DNA from: Solobacterium sp.
GTDB lineage: Bacteria > Bacillota_I > Bacilli_A > Erysipelotrichales > Erysipelotrichaceae
Length of the DNA stretch: 64,000 bases
Direction: 5' to 3'
Assembly: GCA_022486935.1 (NCBI GenBank)
Contig: JAKVJO010000001.1
Location: 4,820-68,819 of the forward strand
Position 1 is the first letter of the stretch, and every line of letters begins with the position of its first letter. The notes beneath the pieces were generated by a model, which made no database searches, had not been told where the DNA came from, and was given only the letters and a program-made list of their open reading frames with translations. Position numbers and translations under genes: made by a program. Of the stretch, positions 9,585-18,407 are shown piece by piece.

Positions 9585-10427
9585 ATGAAAGGAAGAAATC
9601 CAAAGAAGGGATTCACACTTGCCGAACTGCTGATCACAGTGGCAATTATTGCCGTGCTTGTGGCTGTCAGTATTCCGATTTTTACATCGCAGTTGAAAAA
9701 ATCGAGAGCTGCAGCCTGCAGTGCAAACAGACGATCGCTGAAATCTCTTTTATCTGCGCAATACCTGAGCGGTGAATTGACTGCAGCTGATATCACAAAG
9801 GAATTGATTTCACTGAACAGCAAGAATGGGTATCAATACGAAGATCAAACTTTCAGCTGTCCTGATGGCGGAACAATTTATGCGCAGATCAATGATCAAT
9901 CCATCGCGGTCAGATGTACTTATCATGATGATAAACAGCAGGATGAAGTGATCAATGATACCTGGACAGCTGATACAGCACAGCAGATATGGAACATTCT
10001 GAGTGATTCCGAACGGGAATTTGGCAACGCGGATTCGTTTGGAAGCGGCGGCGGACAGAATACAATCAAACTGAACACAGCACTGGATGCTGCGGGGATC
10101 AATCTGAACGATCTGGGTGCCGTCAGCTGGCATTATCAGGATGGCAGCAATTTCGTGTGGACAACAGCAGATATCTCGAAAAAGAAGGCAGGCGACACTG
10201 TGATCATGATGAAATATAACTTGAGTGGTGATTATGCAGGCGTCTATTCCGTCTGGGAAGCAACCGTCAAATCAGTCACCAGTGACAGGGGGATCACCTA
10301 CAATATCATTTCAGCAGATACTGCAAAAACAGAAAAAACAAAATCGATGAGCAGGGATGACAAAAAAGATATCAGAAAGGTCATCGCCGAATACAATCGA
10401 TATGCCGAAATCAAACTGAAACAGTAG
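9585..10427 (+). CDS. Type IV pilin-like protein with class III signal peptide, PilJ-like
   Basis: KKG|FTLAELLITVAIIAVLVAVSIP prepilin motif with E5. Mature C36, C83, C102 and H105. Confidence 0.88.
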   Translation: MKGRNPKKGFTLAELLITVAIIAVLVAVSIPIFTSQLKKSRAAACSANRRSLKSLLSAQYLSGELTAADITKELISLNSKNGYQYEDQTFSCPDGGTIYAQINDQSIAVRCTYHDDKQQDEVINDTWTADTAQQIWNILSDSEREFGNADSFGSGGGQNTIKLNTALDAAGINLNDLGAVSWHYQDGSNFVWTTADISKKKAGDTVIMMKYNLSGDYAGVYSVWEATVKSVTSDRGITYNIISADTAKTEKTKSMSRDDKKDIRKVIAEYNRYAEIKLKQ

Positions 10428-10467
10428 ACGACAGCTCAACAAAGCAGGTTCTGATCAATCACATCAC

Positions 10468-10506
10468 AAAAACGGTGCAGCCTCAGCAGGGACTGCATCG
10501 TATTTT
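10468..10506. terminator. Bidirectional terminator between convergent genes
   Basis: AAAA-CGGTGCAG...CTGCATCG-TATTTT. Confidence 0.6.
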
Positions 10507-10529
10507 ATGACACTTTATTTTGGGATTCT

Positions 10530-10817
10530 TCACTGAACCCGGTGTGTCCTGATCACATAGCGGATCAGTTTGATAAAGCCATATCCGACACCCCAGTAGA
10601 CAACCAGAAGCAGGATCGGAAGATTCTCTGCATTCTGGTGGAACAGGGACAGCAGCAGTACAACGATCGCTACAGAGAGTACAAGATCGATGGCTTCTGA
10701 TTTGAAGTCTGCGAAGAACGCAGAATCATTCGCTGCTTTTTCTGAATCGGCGGAGTGACCGTAGACAGGATTCATCATGGTTTCCTGATCATTGTTATTC
10801 CATTCATCTGATGTCAT
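10530..10817 (-). CDS. Small hypothetical membrane protein (2 TM)
   Basis: GGAGG upstream of ATG 10817 (MTSDEWNN). Two hydrophobic helices at the C-terminus. Confidence 0.65.
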   Translation of the reverse strand: MTSDEWNNNDQETMMNPVYGHSADSEKAANDSAFFADFKSEAIDLVLSVAIVVLLLSLFHQNAENLPILLLVVYWGVGYGFIKLIRYVIRTHRVQ

Positions 10818-10974
10818 CTGATAAATCGCCTCCATTTGTATGACTTGATGGAAATGATTGATGGAATGATTGCAGGGGACAGAAATCGATTCAACGTCAT
10901 TATTATTTGTCCGCCGGGCATAATAATCAAGTCTGCATGCATGGAATCATACTAAGTTTCATGATTTCAACACA

Positions 10975-11003
10975 AATAAAAATGGACAGAATATTCTGTC
11001 CAT
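10975..11003 (-). terminator. Terminator of the ECF S-component gene
   Basis: Perfect 22-bp palindrome ATGGACAGAATATTCTGTCCAT (10982-11003) followed by a T-run on the minus strand. Confidence 0.65.
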
Positions 11004-11021
11004 GGAAGGAATACAGCTGAT

Positions 11022-11570
11022 TCAGTCTGTGCTGCGATAGCGCACTGCGCCGGCTTTATTGAGCGCTGCCATGATGACAGGAATCAGAACCAGCTGCAGG
11101 ATGATGCCTGGTACTGCGGTCAGGATCGCCGCCGAGAGAAACGCCTGAAATGTAAATGAACTTCCCTGCAGGTTCATGAGAATCACTTCCACAATTCCCC
11201 AGACAATGCGGCCGGATACCATAGCAGTCAACAGACTCAGATACACGATCTTGATATTCTGGTGTTTGACATGGCTGTAGACAAGTCCGGATACCAGGCC
11301 ATAGGTGCACAGTTCAAATGCCATGGCAGTGGCAGTTGGAAACATCGGCGGCATGCCGAAGATCATGGATCTAAGCAGCGGTGCAATGAATCCCACCACA
11401 GCGCCATAGAACGGTCCGCAGATCAGGCCGCAGAATAATACCGGTAAGTGCATCGGCAGCAGCATACTGCCAATCTGCGGGATCTGCCCGGTTAAAAAAG
11501 GCAGTACGAGTGCGAGTGCGAGAAACATTGCGGCAAGTGTCAGATGTCTGATGGATGTTCTGTGTTTCAT
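11022..11570 (-). CDS. ECF transporter S component, substrate unknown
   Basis: 182 aa, highly hydrophobic. AAMFLALALVL (AxxxA) and LLPMHLPVL, G...GFIAPLL pattern. GAGGA RBS. Confidence 0.85.
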   Translation of the reverse strand: MKHRTSIRHLTLAAMFLALALVLPFLTGQIPQIGSMLLPMHLPVLFCGLICGPFYGAVVGFIAPLLRSMIFGMPPMFPTATAMAFELCTYGLVSGLVYSHVKHQNIKIVYLSLLTAMVSGRIVWGIVEVILMNLQGSSFTFQAFLSAAILTAVPGIILQLVLIPVIMAALNKAGAVRYRSTD

Positions 11571-11599
11571 GATTGATCTGTCCTCTTTCTTTGAATTTG

Positions 11600-11720
11600 C
11601 ATAATAAAACATGCACGATCTGAACTCATTCAGTCTCTGCATGTCTTCCTGACATACGTTATTGATGGAACTACAATGAATCAGGTGCTTCAGCACCGCT
11701 GCCGGATTCCTTCCGACGCT
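11600..11720 (-). promoter_or_regulatory. Structured 5' leader with intrinsic terminator (attenuator or riboswitch candidate)
   Basis: Two AGGAA-loop hairpins (11701-11717 and 11639-11657), a GGTGC/GCACC hairpin (11684-11697) and a terminator (11602-11644) overlapping the second AGGAA hairpin. Confidence 0.6.
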
Positions 11721-11723
11721 ATT

Positions 11724-11752
11724 ATTCTAGAAAACCGGGTACCTGGTGTCAA
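11724..11752 (-). promoter_or_regulatory. Sigma-A promoter of the ECF S gene
   Basis: Minus strand TTGACA (11752-11747), 17 bp spacer, TAGAAT (11729-11724). Confidence 0.8.
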
Positions 11753-11835
11753 ATGCCTTTGAGGCATGAACATGCATGTGTTTTGAATATATCCCCGATG
11801 TGTATAAAATAGTATCAGTGAAAGGGGCAGGGATC

Positions 11836-13038
11836 ATGAGAGATGGTGATGAACGTATCTTCGCTCCGGCAGATCTTGCCGGTATCCATTTGAATAACCG
11901 GATCATCCGTTCCGGCACCTTTGAAGGGATGTGCGATGAAGAAGGCAGGCCGACAAAACAGCTGGTGAAGCTCTATACTGACCTGGCTGATGGCGGTGTC
12001 GGGGCCATTATCACCGGTGCAATCGGGGTATCCAAAGCAGGTATGTCGCCATTTGCCGGCATGGGCATGCTGGATCAGGATTCCAATATCCCGCTGTACC
12101 GTGATCTCATACTGCAGGTTCATGCCCACAATACGCCGATCATTGCCCAGCTGTCGCATTATGGAAGATTCTCCGGGGGCCGTGATCATCAGCGTCTGGA
12201 TAAATATACATCATCAGAAATCAAACTGATTATCCGTGAGTTTGCCGAAGCCGGAAGAAGGGCAGCGCAGTGCGGGTTTGACGGCATTGAACTGCAGTGT
12301 GCCCATGGCTATCTGTTAAGTGAATTTCTGTCCCAGTATGCAAACTACCGGGATGACCAGTGGGGCGGCACTGCTTTTAAACGGTTCCGGATTGTCGGCG
12401 AGATCATGTACGGTATCCAGCAGGAAGCGCCTGATATCCCGATTCTGATCAAGATGAACGGGGATGAGGAGCGCCATGCCGGAATGGATCCGACCAGTGC
12501 AGCTGAATACGCCATCATGATGGAAGATGCCGGTGCCTGTGCGATTGAGGTATCACGCGGACTGCGGGAGGATTTCTGCAGTACGATCCGCGGCGATGTC
12601 TGTTATGACCGGATTATTGAAGAAGATCCGACATTGAGGAAGATGCCGAAGCAGCTGCGCAGTTTTGCTGAACCGGTTGTCCATTCTCTCTATCATCCCT
12701 GGAAGCCGACCAGGCTGTATAACCTGAAAGCGGCGATGACAATCCGCAATGCAGTGCCGATCCCGGTGATCCTGAACGGCGGTGTCCATGACATGGATGA
12801 GATCCGCAAGGCACTGATCACGAAGCGTCTTGACTTTGTCACCATCTCCAGACCGCTGATCCATGATCCATGCCTGATCCAGAAGTACATGGAACAGCAG
12901 ATGGATGTTTCCGGATGCCGTGAATGCAACCGCTGCTACAGCGGGATCATGAGCCATCCGCTGCAATGTGAGACTGCAGCGGAAGCAGTCAAAGAGAACA
13001 ATTCTGAAGAACCAGATCAGCCAGACAGCAATAAATGA
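11836..13038 (+). CDS. NADH:flavin oxidoreductase (Old Yellow Enzyme family)
   Basis: LNNRIIRS, GGVGAIITG, QLSHYG, GFDGIELQCAHGYLLSEFLS, NYRDDQWGG, C-terminal CxxCNxC. Confidence 0.88.
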   Translation: MRDGDERIFAPADLAGIHLNNRIIRSGTFEGMCDEEGRPTKQLVKLYTDLADGGVGAIITGAIGVSKAGMSPFAGMGMLDQDSNIPLYRDLILQVHAHNTPIIAQLSHYGRFSGGRDHQRLDKYTSSEIKLIIREFAEAGRRAAQCGFDGIELQCAHGYLLSEFLSQYANYRDDQWGGTAFKRFRIVGEIMYGIQQEAPDIPILIKMNGDEERHAGMDPTSAAEYAIMMEDAGACAIEVSRGLREDFCSTIRGDVCYDRIIEEDPTLRKMPKQLRSFAEPVVHSLYHPWKPTRLYNLKAAMTIRNAVPIPVILNGGVHDMDEIRKALITKRLDFVTISRPLIHDPCLIQKYMEQQMDVSGCRECNRCYSGIMSHPLQCETAAEAVKENNSEEPDQPDSNK

Positions 13039-13098
13039 TAGTATGCTGTTGATCAAAGACCGATTGAATGATAAGATGACTGCGTATAAAGGGTGGGA

Positions 13099-13533
13099 AT
13101 GATGAAGATTACCAAAGATTCACCTGGGGCAATGATGAAAGTGATTAATCAGGAACTGCAGAAGGACTGTAATAATTCCCTGCGCAAACTGGATGTCACC
13201 GTATCGCAGATGGATGTGCTCATGGCACTTTCCGAACATGAAGACGGCCTCAACATGAAAGAACTGGAAAAGATCCTTCATCTCGCCCAGTCCACAACAG
13301 CCGGCATTGTCACAAGACTGGAACAGAAGCGCTACATTACCGGAAGCACAGATCCAGAAGACCGCAGAGTGAAGTATGTCAAAATCGCACCTGAAGGAAT
13401 TAAGGTCTGCCAGGCATCCGGAAAGGATATGGTCCGTTCCAATGATCGTATTCTCAGCGGCCTGAGTGAAGCACAGCAGAAAGAGTTCTTGAAGCTGCTG
13501 AAGCAGGTCCGCGACAGCATCATCAAACAGTAA
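13099..13533 (+). CDS. MarR family transcriptional regulator
   Basis: VTVSQMDVL, MKELEKILHLAQSTTAGIVTRLEQKRYI, DPEDRR. Confidence 0.9.
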   Translation: MMKITKDSPGAMMKVINQELQKDCNNSLRKLDVTVSQMDVLMALSEHEDGLNMKELEKILHLAQSTTAGIVTRLEQKRYITGSTDPEDRRVKYVKIAPEGIKVCQASGKDMVRSNDRILSGLSEAQQKEFLKLLKQVRDSIIKQ

Positions 13534-13577
13534 AGGCTTGAATCCCGCTGAACAGGCGGGATATTCAATGCCCGTAA

Positions 13578-13593
13578 CAATCGCATGCGATTG
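13578..13593. promoter_or_regulatory. Putative operator (perfect 16-bp palindrome)
   Basis: CAATCGCATGCGATTG directly before the MATE gene RBS. Confidence 0.55.
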
Positions 13594-13610
13594 AAAGGAT
13601 GGAGAAGAAC

Positions 13611-14987
13611 ATGGATCGTTCCAAAACAGAAGAATTATTCGCAAAGGCATCCATCAAGGATGCAGTCATCAAGAATGCCGTACCTGCCATGCTGGCAATG
13701 ATTATGGTATTGATCTACAACCTGGCAGATACCTTTTTTATCGGTCAGACGCATGATGCACTGCAGGTCGCTGCAGTTTCCCTTGCCACACCGGTATTTC
13801 TGATCTTTATGTCGGTCGGCAATGTATTCGGCATCGGCGGTACATCTGTCATTTCCAGGGCACTGGGCGAAGGCCGTCAAGAATATGCCCGGAAAGTATG
13901 CTCGTTCTGCATGTGGTCCTGTGTAGCGGTCGGTGCAGTCATGACCGTATGCTTTCTGTTTGGCATGGACTGGATCCTGAAAATTGTCGGTGCTTCCGAG
14001 AATACCTGGGAGTACACCAAAACCTATCTGACGATTGTCACCTGGGGCGGTATCTCCGTATTGATCTCCAACTGTTTTGCCAACATTGTCAGGGCAGAAG
14101 GCAAGCCGGGTCCGGCAATGGCAGGTCAGGTCATCGGCAATCTTCTGAATGTCATACTCGATCCGATTATGATTGTCGGACTGGGCTGGGGCATCAGGGG
14201 TGCGGCAATCGCAACCGTTATCGGCAATGTCGTGGCAGCAGTGTATTACATCCTGTTCTATCTGGCCGGCAAGTCATCTCTCAGTATTTCACCGAAGCAC
14301 TTTGCAATGAATGACCGGATTCTGAGTGGCGTACTGGCAATCGGTATTCCGGCATCGCTTGGATCATTGCTGATGTCTGTTTCCCAGATCATCATGCAGC
14401 AGCGCATGGCAGCCTATGGCGATATGGCAGTTGCGGCAGCCGGCGTTGCACAGAAAGTCACCATGATCACCGGTATGATCTGTATGGGAATCGGCAATGG
14501 CGTTCAGCCGCTGCTGGGCTACTGTATCGGCGCCCATCTGTATGACCGGTTCAAGAAGTGTTTGAAGTTCTCCGTCATCTTTGCATTTATCCTGGCATCG
14601 TGCATGACGATTCTCTGCTATATCTTCACAGATCAGCTGGTCAGTCTCTTCCTCAGTGATGCTTCGGCATTCTCCTATGGCGTCCAGTTTGTGCGGATCC
14701 TTTTGACAACCAGTTTCCTGTTCGGTGTCTTCTATGTGCTGTGCAGTTCGCTGCAGGCAGTCGGTGCAGCAGTTCCGGCACTGATCGTCAATCTCAGCCG
14801 GCAGGGATTCATCTATATTCCGGCACTGTTCATCCTGCAGAGCATCTTCGGCTATTCCGGTTTGATCTGGGCCCAGCCGGCAGCGGATGTACTCTCCACA
14901 ATTCTGGTCATTGTGCTGTATTTCCATACAGCAAAGAAAGTGCTGAAACATACGGAAGAAACAGAACAGGCGGCTGTTGAAGCCTGA
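13611..14987 (+). CDS. MATE family efflux transporter
   Basis: IYNLADTFFIG, NVILDPIMI, GIRGAAIATVIG, QPLLGY. About 12 TM. Start could be 13599. Confidence 0.92.
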   Translation: MDRSKTEELFAKASIKDAVIKNAVPAMLAMIMVLIYNLADTFFIGQTHDALQVAAVSLATPVFLIFMSVGNVFGIGGTSVISRALGEGRQEYARKVCSFCMWSCVAVGAVMTVCFLFGMDWILKIVGASENTWEYTKTYLTIVTWGGISVLISNCFANIVRAEGKPGPAMAGQVIGNLLNVILDPIMIVGLGWGIRGAAIATVIGNVVAAVYYILFYLAGKSSLSISPKHFAMNDRILSGVLAIGIPASLGSLLMSVSQIIMQQRMAAYGDMAVAAAGVAQKVTMITGMICMGIGNGVQPLLGYCIGAHLYDRFKKCLKFSVIFAFILASCMTILCYIFTDQLVSLFLSDASAFSYGVQFVRILLTTSFLFGVFYVLCSSLQAVGAAVPALIVNLSRQGFIYIPALFILQSIFGYSGLIWAQPAADVLSTILVIVLYFHTAKKVLKHTEETEQAAVEA

Positions 14988-15027
14988 AGTGCCTGTGCTA
15001 TCATTTTGACAGGAGGAAACATTGATC

Positions 15028-15261
15028 ATGAATATCACGGTCATGGCACCGATGGGCGCAGATAAGGTAAAGGAAGTGCTGTTGGCAAATGCTGATCCCA
15101 AATATACGTTTGTCAAAGCACTCGGAATCATGCAGACATATGTAGTGGAAGATCCGGAAGGCAAATACGGCGATCTGCCGCACTACACCAAAAAGCTGAT
15201 CATGACAGCACTGGGTGCCAACTTCAACGTGGCAGTCAGAACAGAAGGATCCGCATATTGA
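15028..15261 (+). CDS. Small hypothetical soluble protein
   Basis: AGGAGG RBS, 77 aa, followed by a terminator. Start could be TTG 15022. Confidence 0.75.
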   Translation: MNITVMAPMGADKVKEVLLANADPKYTFVKALGIMQTYVVEDPEGKYGDLPHYTKKLIMTALGANFNVAVRTEGSAY

Positions 15262-15268
15262 TTCCGGC

Positions 15269-15300
15269 GGGAAGACATGCTGAAACAGTGTGTCTTTTTC
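15269..15300 (+). terminator. Intrinsic terminator
   Basis: GGGAAGACATGCTG-AAA-CAGTGTGTCTTTTT. Confidence 0.7.
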
Positions 15301-15383
15301 TCTGGAAATCAGTCGGATTGTGCATCGCCCGGAAGAGCGGTTCTCATGATATGATAGGGCGGTATTTAAAGGGGTGACTTTTT

Positions 15384-16253
15384 GTGAAACAGGAAGATAA
15401 AGAGTTATACGCCTATCTGGGTATTTCCTTCCTTGTCGGCTGGCTGCTGATGATCTACGGAATGTATCTTGGCGGCACATACTATACCATTTTTTCTTCA
15501 ATCTGCATGTATGCTCCGATGATCGGGACCATTGCAATCCACAAGCTGAAAAAAGAACACTAGAAGCTGAAGCTCAAGGCAAAATGGAAACAGATCCTGC
15601 TTGCCATGTTCATGCCGGCAGTATTTACCCTGCTGGGCGGTGCTCTGTATTTCCTGATCTTTCCGGGATCCTTTGATTCCGGCATGGGTGCTTTGAAACA
15701 GGTGCTCGGCAGTTCTGCAGACACGACCAACCTGACTGATCTGATGATCTCCGAAGTCATTCTGGCGGTCACTCTGGCACCGTTCTTCAATGCAGTCTTT
15801 GCGATCGGTGAAGAAACCGGCTGGCGCGGCTACCTGACGCCGGAATTGAGCAGGCGGTTTGGCTATCGCAATGGCATTATCATCTCCGGTATCATCTGGG
15901 GTGTATGGCATGCACCGCTGATCATTCTCGGCGGCTATAACTATGGCATCGGCTACTGGGGTTCCCCATGGACCGGTGTACTGGCGATGTGCGTCTTTAC
16001 AACAGCTGCCGGGATCTGTCTTTCCTGGCTGTATGAAAAGTCCAACAGTATCATTGTGCCGGCAATTGCCCATGGCGCACTGAATGCAGTTGCTGCACTG
16101 CCGATTTACTTCATGAAGTCTTATCCAACACACTATATACTGGGACCGATGCTGCCGGGATTGATTTCTGTGATTCCGATGGCACTGGCTGCAGTGCTTC
16201 TGCTGCGCAGGCACAAGCAGGGAGAGGAAATAAATGTCGAGTCCGACTATTGA
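15384..16253 (+). pseudogene. CPBP/CAAX (Abi) intramembrane metalloprotease with in-frame TAG at codon 60
   Basis: RBS GGGGTG then GTG 15384. Same frame as ORF 15606. A single TAG at 15561-15563. GEETGWRGYL, WGVWH and HGALN motifs are intact downstream. Confidence 0.75.
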
Positions 16254-17160
16254 TATTGAAATTGCACAGAGTTCGCTGTTTCCAAAGACCATGCCGGTGA
16301 ACAGCATCCTCGGCAATCATCTGAACTACGGTGTCTATCACAGCAACCAGCTGACACCGGAGCAGTTTGCCGAGAATGGCTTTATTGCCTACAATCCACA
16401 GATGATCGCAAGGGGAATCCGCGTTTACTGGCGGGCCCAGGAAAAACAGAAGATCACGCTCCATCTTTCGATTCCGACTTCTTCTGAAGAAATCAAAGAA
16501 CTGTTTGATATGGTCGGCAGGATTACTGCTGTATGGAAAAGCAATACCGTCAAAGTTGGATCGCAGTATATCTATCCCCAGCTGCTGGATACCGTCATTG
16601 AGAAGTATCAGGCAGTCAATCTGAAGACCCTGCATGAAGTGGGGCTGACGGTACTGGATGGAAGCCGCGGCTTGATGATTATGGGCTGTGCCATGCACCG
16701 GCTTGTCATCGGCAAGCACGAAGCGGATTATTTCTGGTCCGGAACAGATACTGATGCATTCCGTGACTGGATGAATGAACGCCAGAGTGTCAATGCAATT
16801 CTCAGTGAACCGGAGATCTATGAACCAAAGGATCATATCGGTGCCAAGGTCGGAGAGTATTCTGTCTACAGCGGCATTCCGACGATCTTTCCGAAGCATC
16901 CTGCTGTTCCGAACAAATACTATGATTTCAAAACCGGCAGGCCGATGTTTGAGGTCAGCTTTTACCGGGTGCGTTTAATCGATCAGGAAACACCGGTTGG
17001 CTATCTGACATTCCAGGAGTTCATGCGTGAACTGCCGGCAGATTCCTGTGATTACTATGACGCAGATGACTATCTGATCAGATCACTGACCAGAGAAGAA
17101 CTGGGCCAGATGGTACAGCGCGCAAAGGACAAGGCGAAACCGCATGCTGCTGAAGAGTAA
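16234..17160 (+). CDS. Hypothetical protein, DUF4299-like
   Basis: GAGG RBS, 308 aa. YNPQMIARGI...LSIPTS pattern recalls DUF4299, family tentative. Confidence 0.65.
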   Translation: MSSPTIDIEIAQSSLFPKTMPVNSILGNHLNYGVYHSNQLTPEQFAENGFIAYNPQMIARGIRVYWRAQEKQKITLHLSIPTSSEEIKELFDMVGRITAVWKSNTVKVGSQYIYPQLLDTVIEKYQAVNLKTLHEVGLTVLDGSRGLMIMGCAMHRLVIGKHEADYFWSGTDTDAFRDWMNERQSVNAILSEPEIYEPKDHIGAKVGEYSVYSGIPTIFPKHPAVPNKYYDFKTGRPMFEVSFYRVRLIDQETPVGYLTFQEFMRELPADSCDYYDADDYLIRSLTREELGQMVQRAKDKAKPHAAEE

Positions 17161-17659
17161 AACAGAACAGCTGTCACTGAAGACCATGGACCTTGGTCTT
17201 GCCTTGAGCAGCTATGAAAACTGGATGTCTGATCCGGATACGGTCTCTACTTATTCCTGGAATGTGTTTCCGCATGAAACAGATGCGGCACAGTACATTC
17301 TGGAACGGGCCCCGTATCTTGAAAGCGACCGTTTCTTTGACTGTGCAGTCATGCAGGCGAGTCAGTCGATCGGTGAATTCACCGGCAGCTATTCCCCGGT
17401 GCGCAATGTCATTGATGCCGGCTTCTCCATCGGTTCAAAGCACTTTGATGCATCAATGCTGGAGTTACTGCTGAAGGAAGCGTTCAGCGAACTGTTTGCA
17501 CTGACACACGCAGAATCCATTCAGGTGGTTGCCGGAAAGAACAGCAGGACCATCCAGGTACTGGAAGGATGCGGCTTTACAGCATCTGAAGAACTGTTCC
17601 GATTCAACGAACATACCGCAGTCAAAGAACCGACCGTGCGATACGTACTGCACGGCTGA
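17144..17659 (+). CDS. Degenerate GNAT (RimJ/RimL-like) N-acetyltransferase
   Basis: NWMSDPDT..Y.W..H, GFSIGSKHF and N..TIQVLEGCGF resemble RimJ/RimL motifs. Overlaps the upstream gene. Confidence 0.6.
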   Translation: MLLKSKTEQLSLKTMDLGLALSSYENWMSDPDTVSTYSWNVFPHETDAAQYILERAPYLESDRFFDCAVMQASQSIGEFTGSYSPVRNVIDAGFSIGSKHFDASMLELLLKEAFSELFALTHAESIQVVAGKNSRTIQVLEGCGFTASEELFRFNEHTAVKEPTVRYVLHG

Positions 17660-17686
17660 TACAGCACTTTTAGAAAGCAGGATATT

Positions 17687-18388
17687 ATGGCACTCTTTGC
17701 AATCGGCGATCTGCATCTTTCGTTTCAGACAGATAAATCCATGGATACCTTCGGCGGTGTATGGGTGAATCACGAACAGAAAGTGATCGAAAACTTCAAT
17801 GCGGAAGTCAAGCCGGAAGATACCCTGGTACTGGTCGGCGACCATTCCTGGGGCAGGAACCTTGCCGAGTGCCAGACAGATCTGGAGTTTATTGAAGCAC
17901 TGCCGGGCCGCAAGATACTGACCCGCGGCAATCATGATATGTTCTGGGAATCCGGCAAGACCCACAAACTGAATACCATGTTCAAGGGCAAACTGGAGTT
18001 TCTGCAGGGGCAGTATTTCTGCACCTACAACGATGTTGCCCTGGTTGGCACCAAGGGCTATACCTATGAAGGTTCTGATACCCCGGATCATGCGGCCATG
18101 CTGGTCGATCGTGAGATGGACCGTCTGCAGCAGTCATTTGAAGCGGCCAGAAAAGCCGGCTATACCCGTTACATTGTCTTTCTGCATTATCCGCCCACCA
18201 GTATTCTGGAAGAAGAATCCGGATTTACTGCACTGTGTGAACACTACCATGCCGAGCAGGTGGTCTATGCCCACTGCCATGGGGAAGAACGCTTCCATGA
18301 TTCCATTGAAGGAAACTTCCACGGCATTGAATACTCGCTTGTTTCAGGCGATAGTCTGAACTGGCATCCAAAGAAAATTCTCGACTGA
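17687..18388 (+). CDS. Calcineurin-like metallophosphoesterase
   Basis: DLH, GDHSW, GNHD, HYPP and HCH metal-binding motifs. Confidence 0.9.
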   Translation: MALFAIGDLHLSFQTDKSMDTFGGVWVNHEQKVIENFNAEVKPEDTLVLVGDHSWGRNLAECQTDLEFIEALPGRKILTRGNHDMFWESGKTHKLNTMFKGKLEFLQGQYFCTYNDVALVGTKGYTYEGSDTPDHAAMLVDREMDRLQQSFEAARKAGYTRYIVFLHYPPTSILEEESGFTALCEHYHAEQVVYAHCHGEERFHDSIEGNFHGIEYSLVSGDSLNWHPKKILD

Positions 18389-18407
18389 ATTTTGGAAGGA
18401 GAATCCA

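Noticed and set aside
10841-10872. Short tandem repeat GATGGAAATGATT / GATGGAATGATT
   Set aside because: Only two imperfect copies with no spacers. Not a CRISPR array or a meaningful repeat.
15561-15563. Genome-wide amber recoding or pyrrolysine
   Set aside because: TAG terminates other genes here (for example at 10427, 25917 and 26709) and no pyl genes are in the window.
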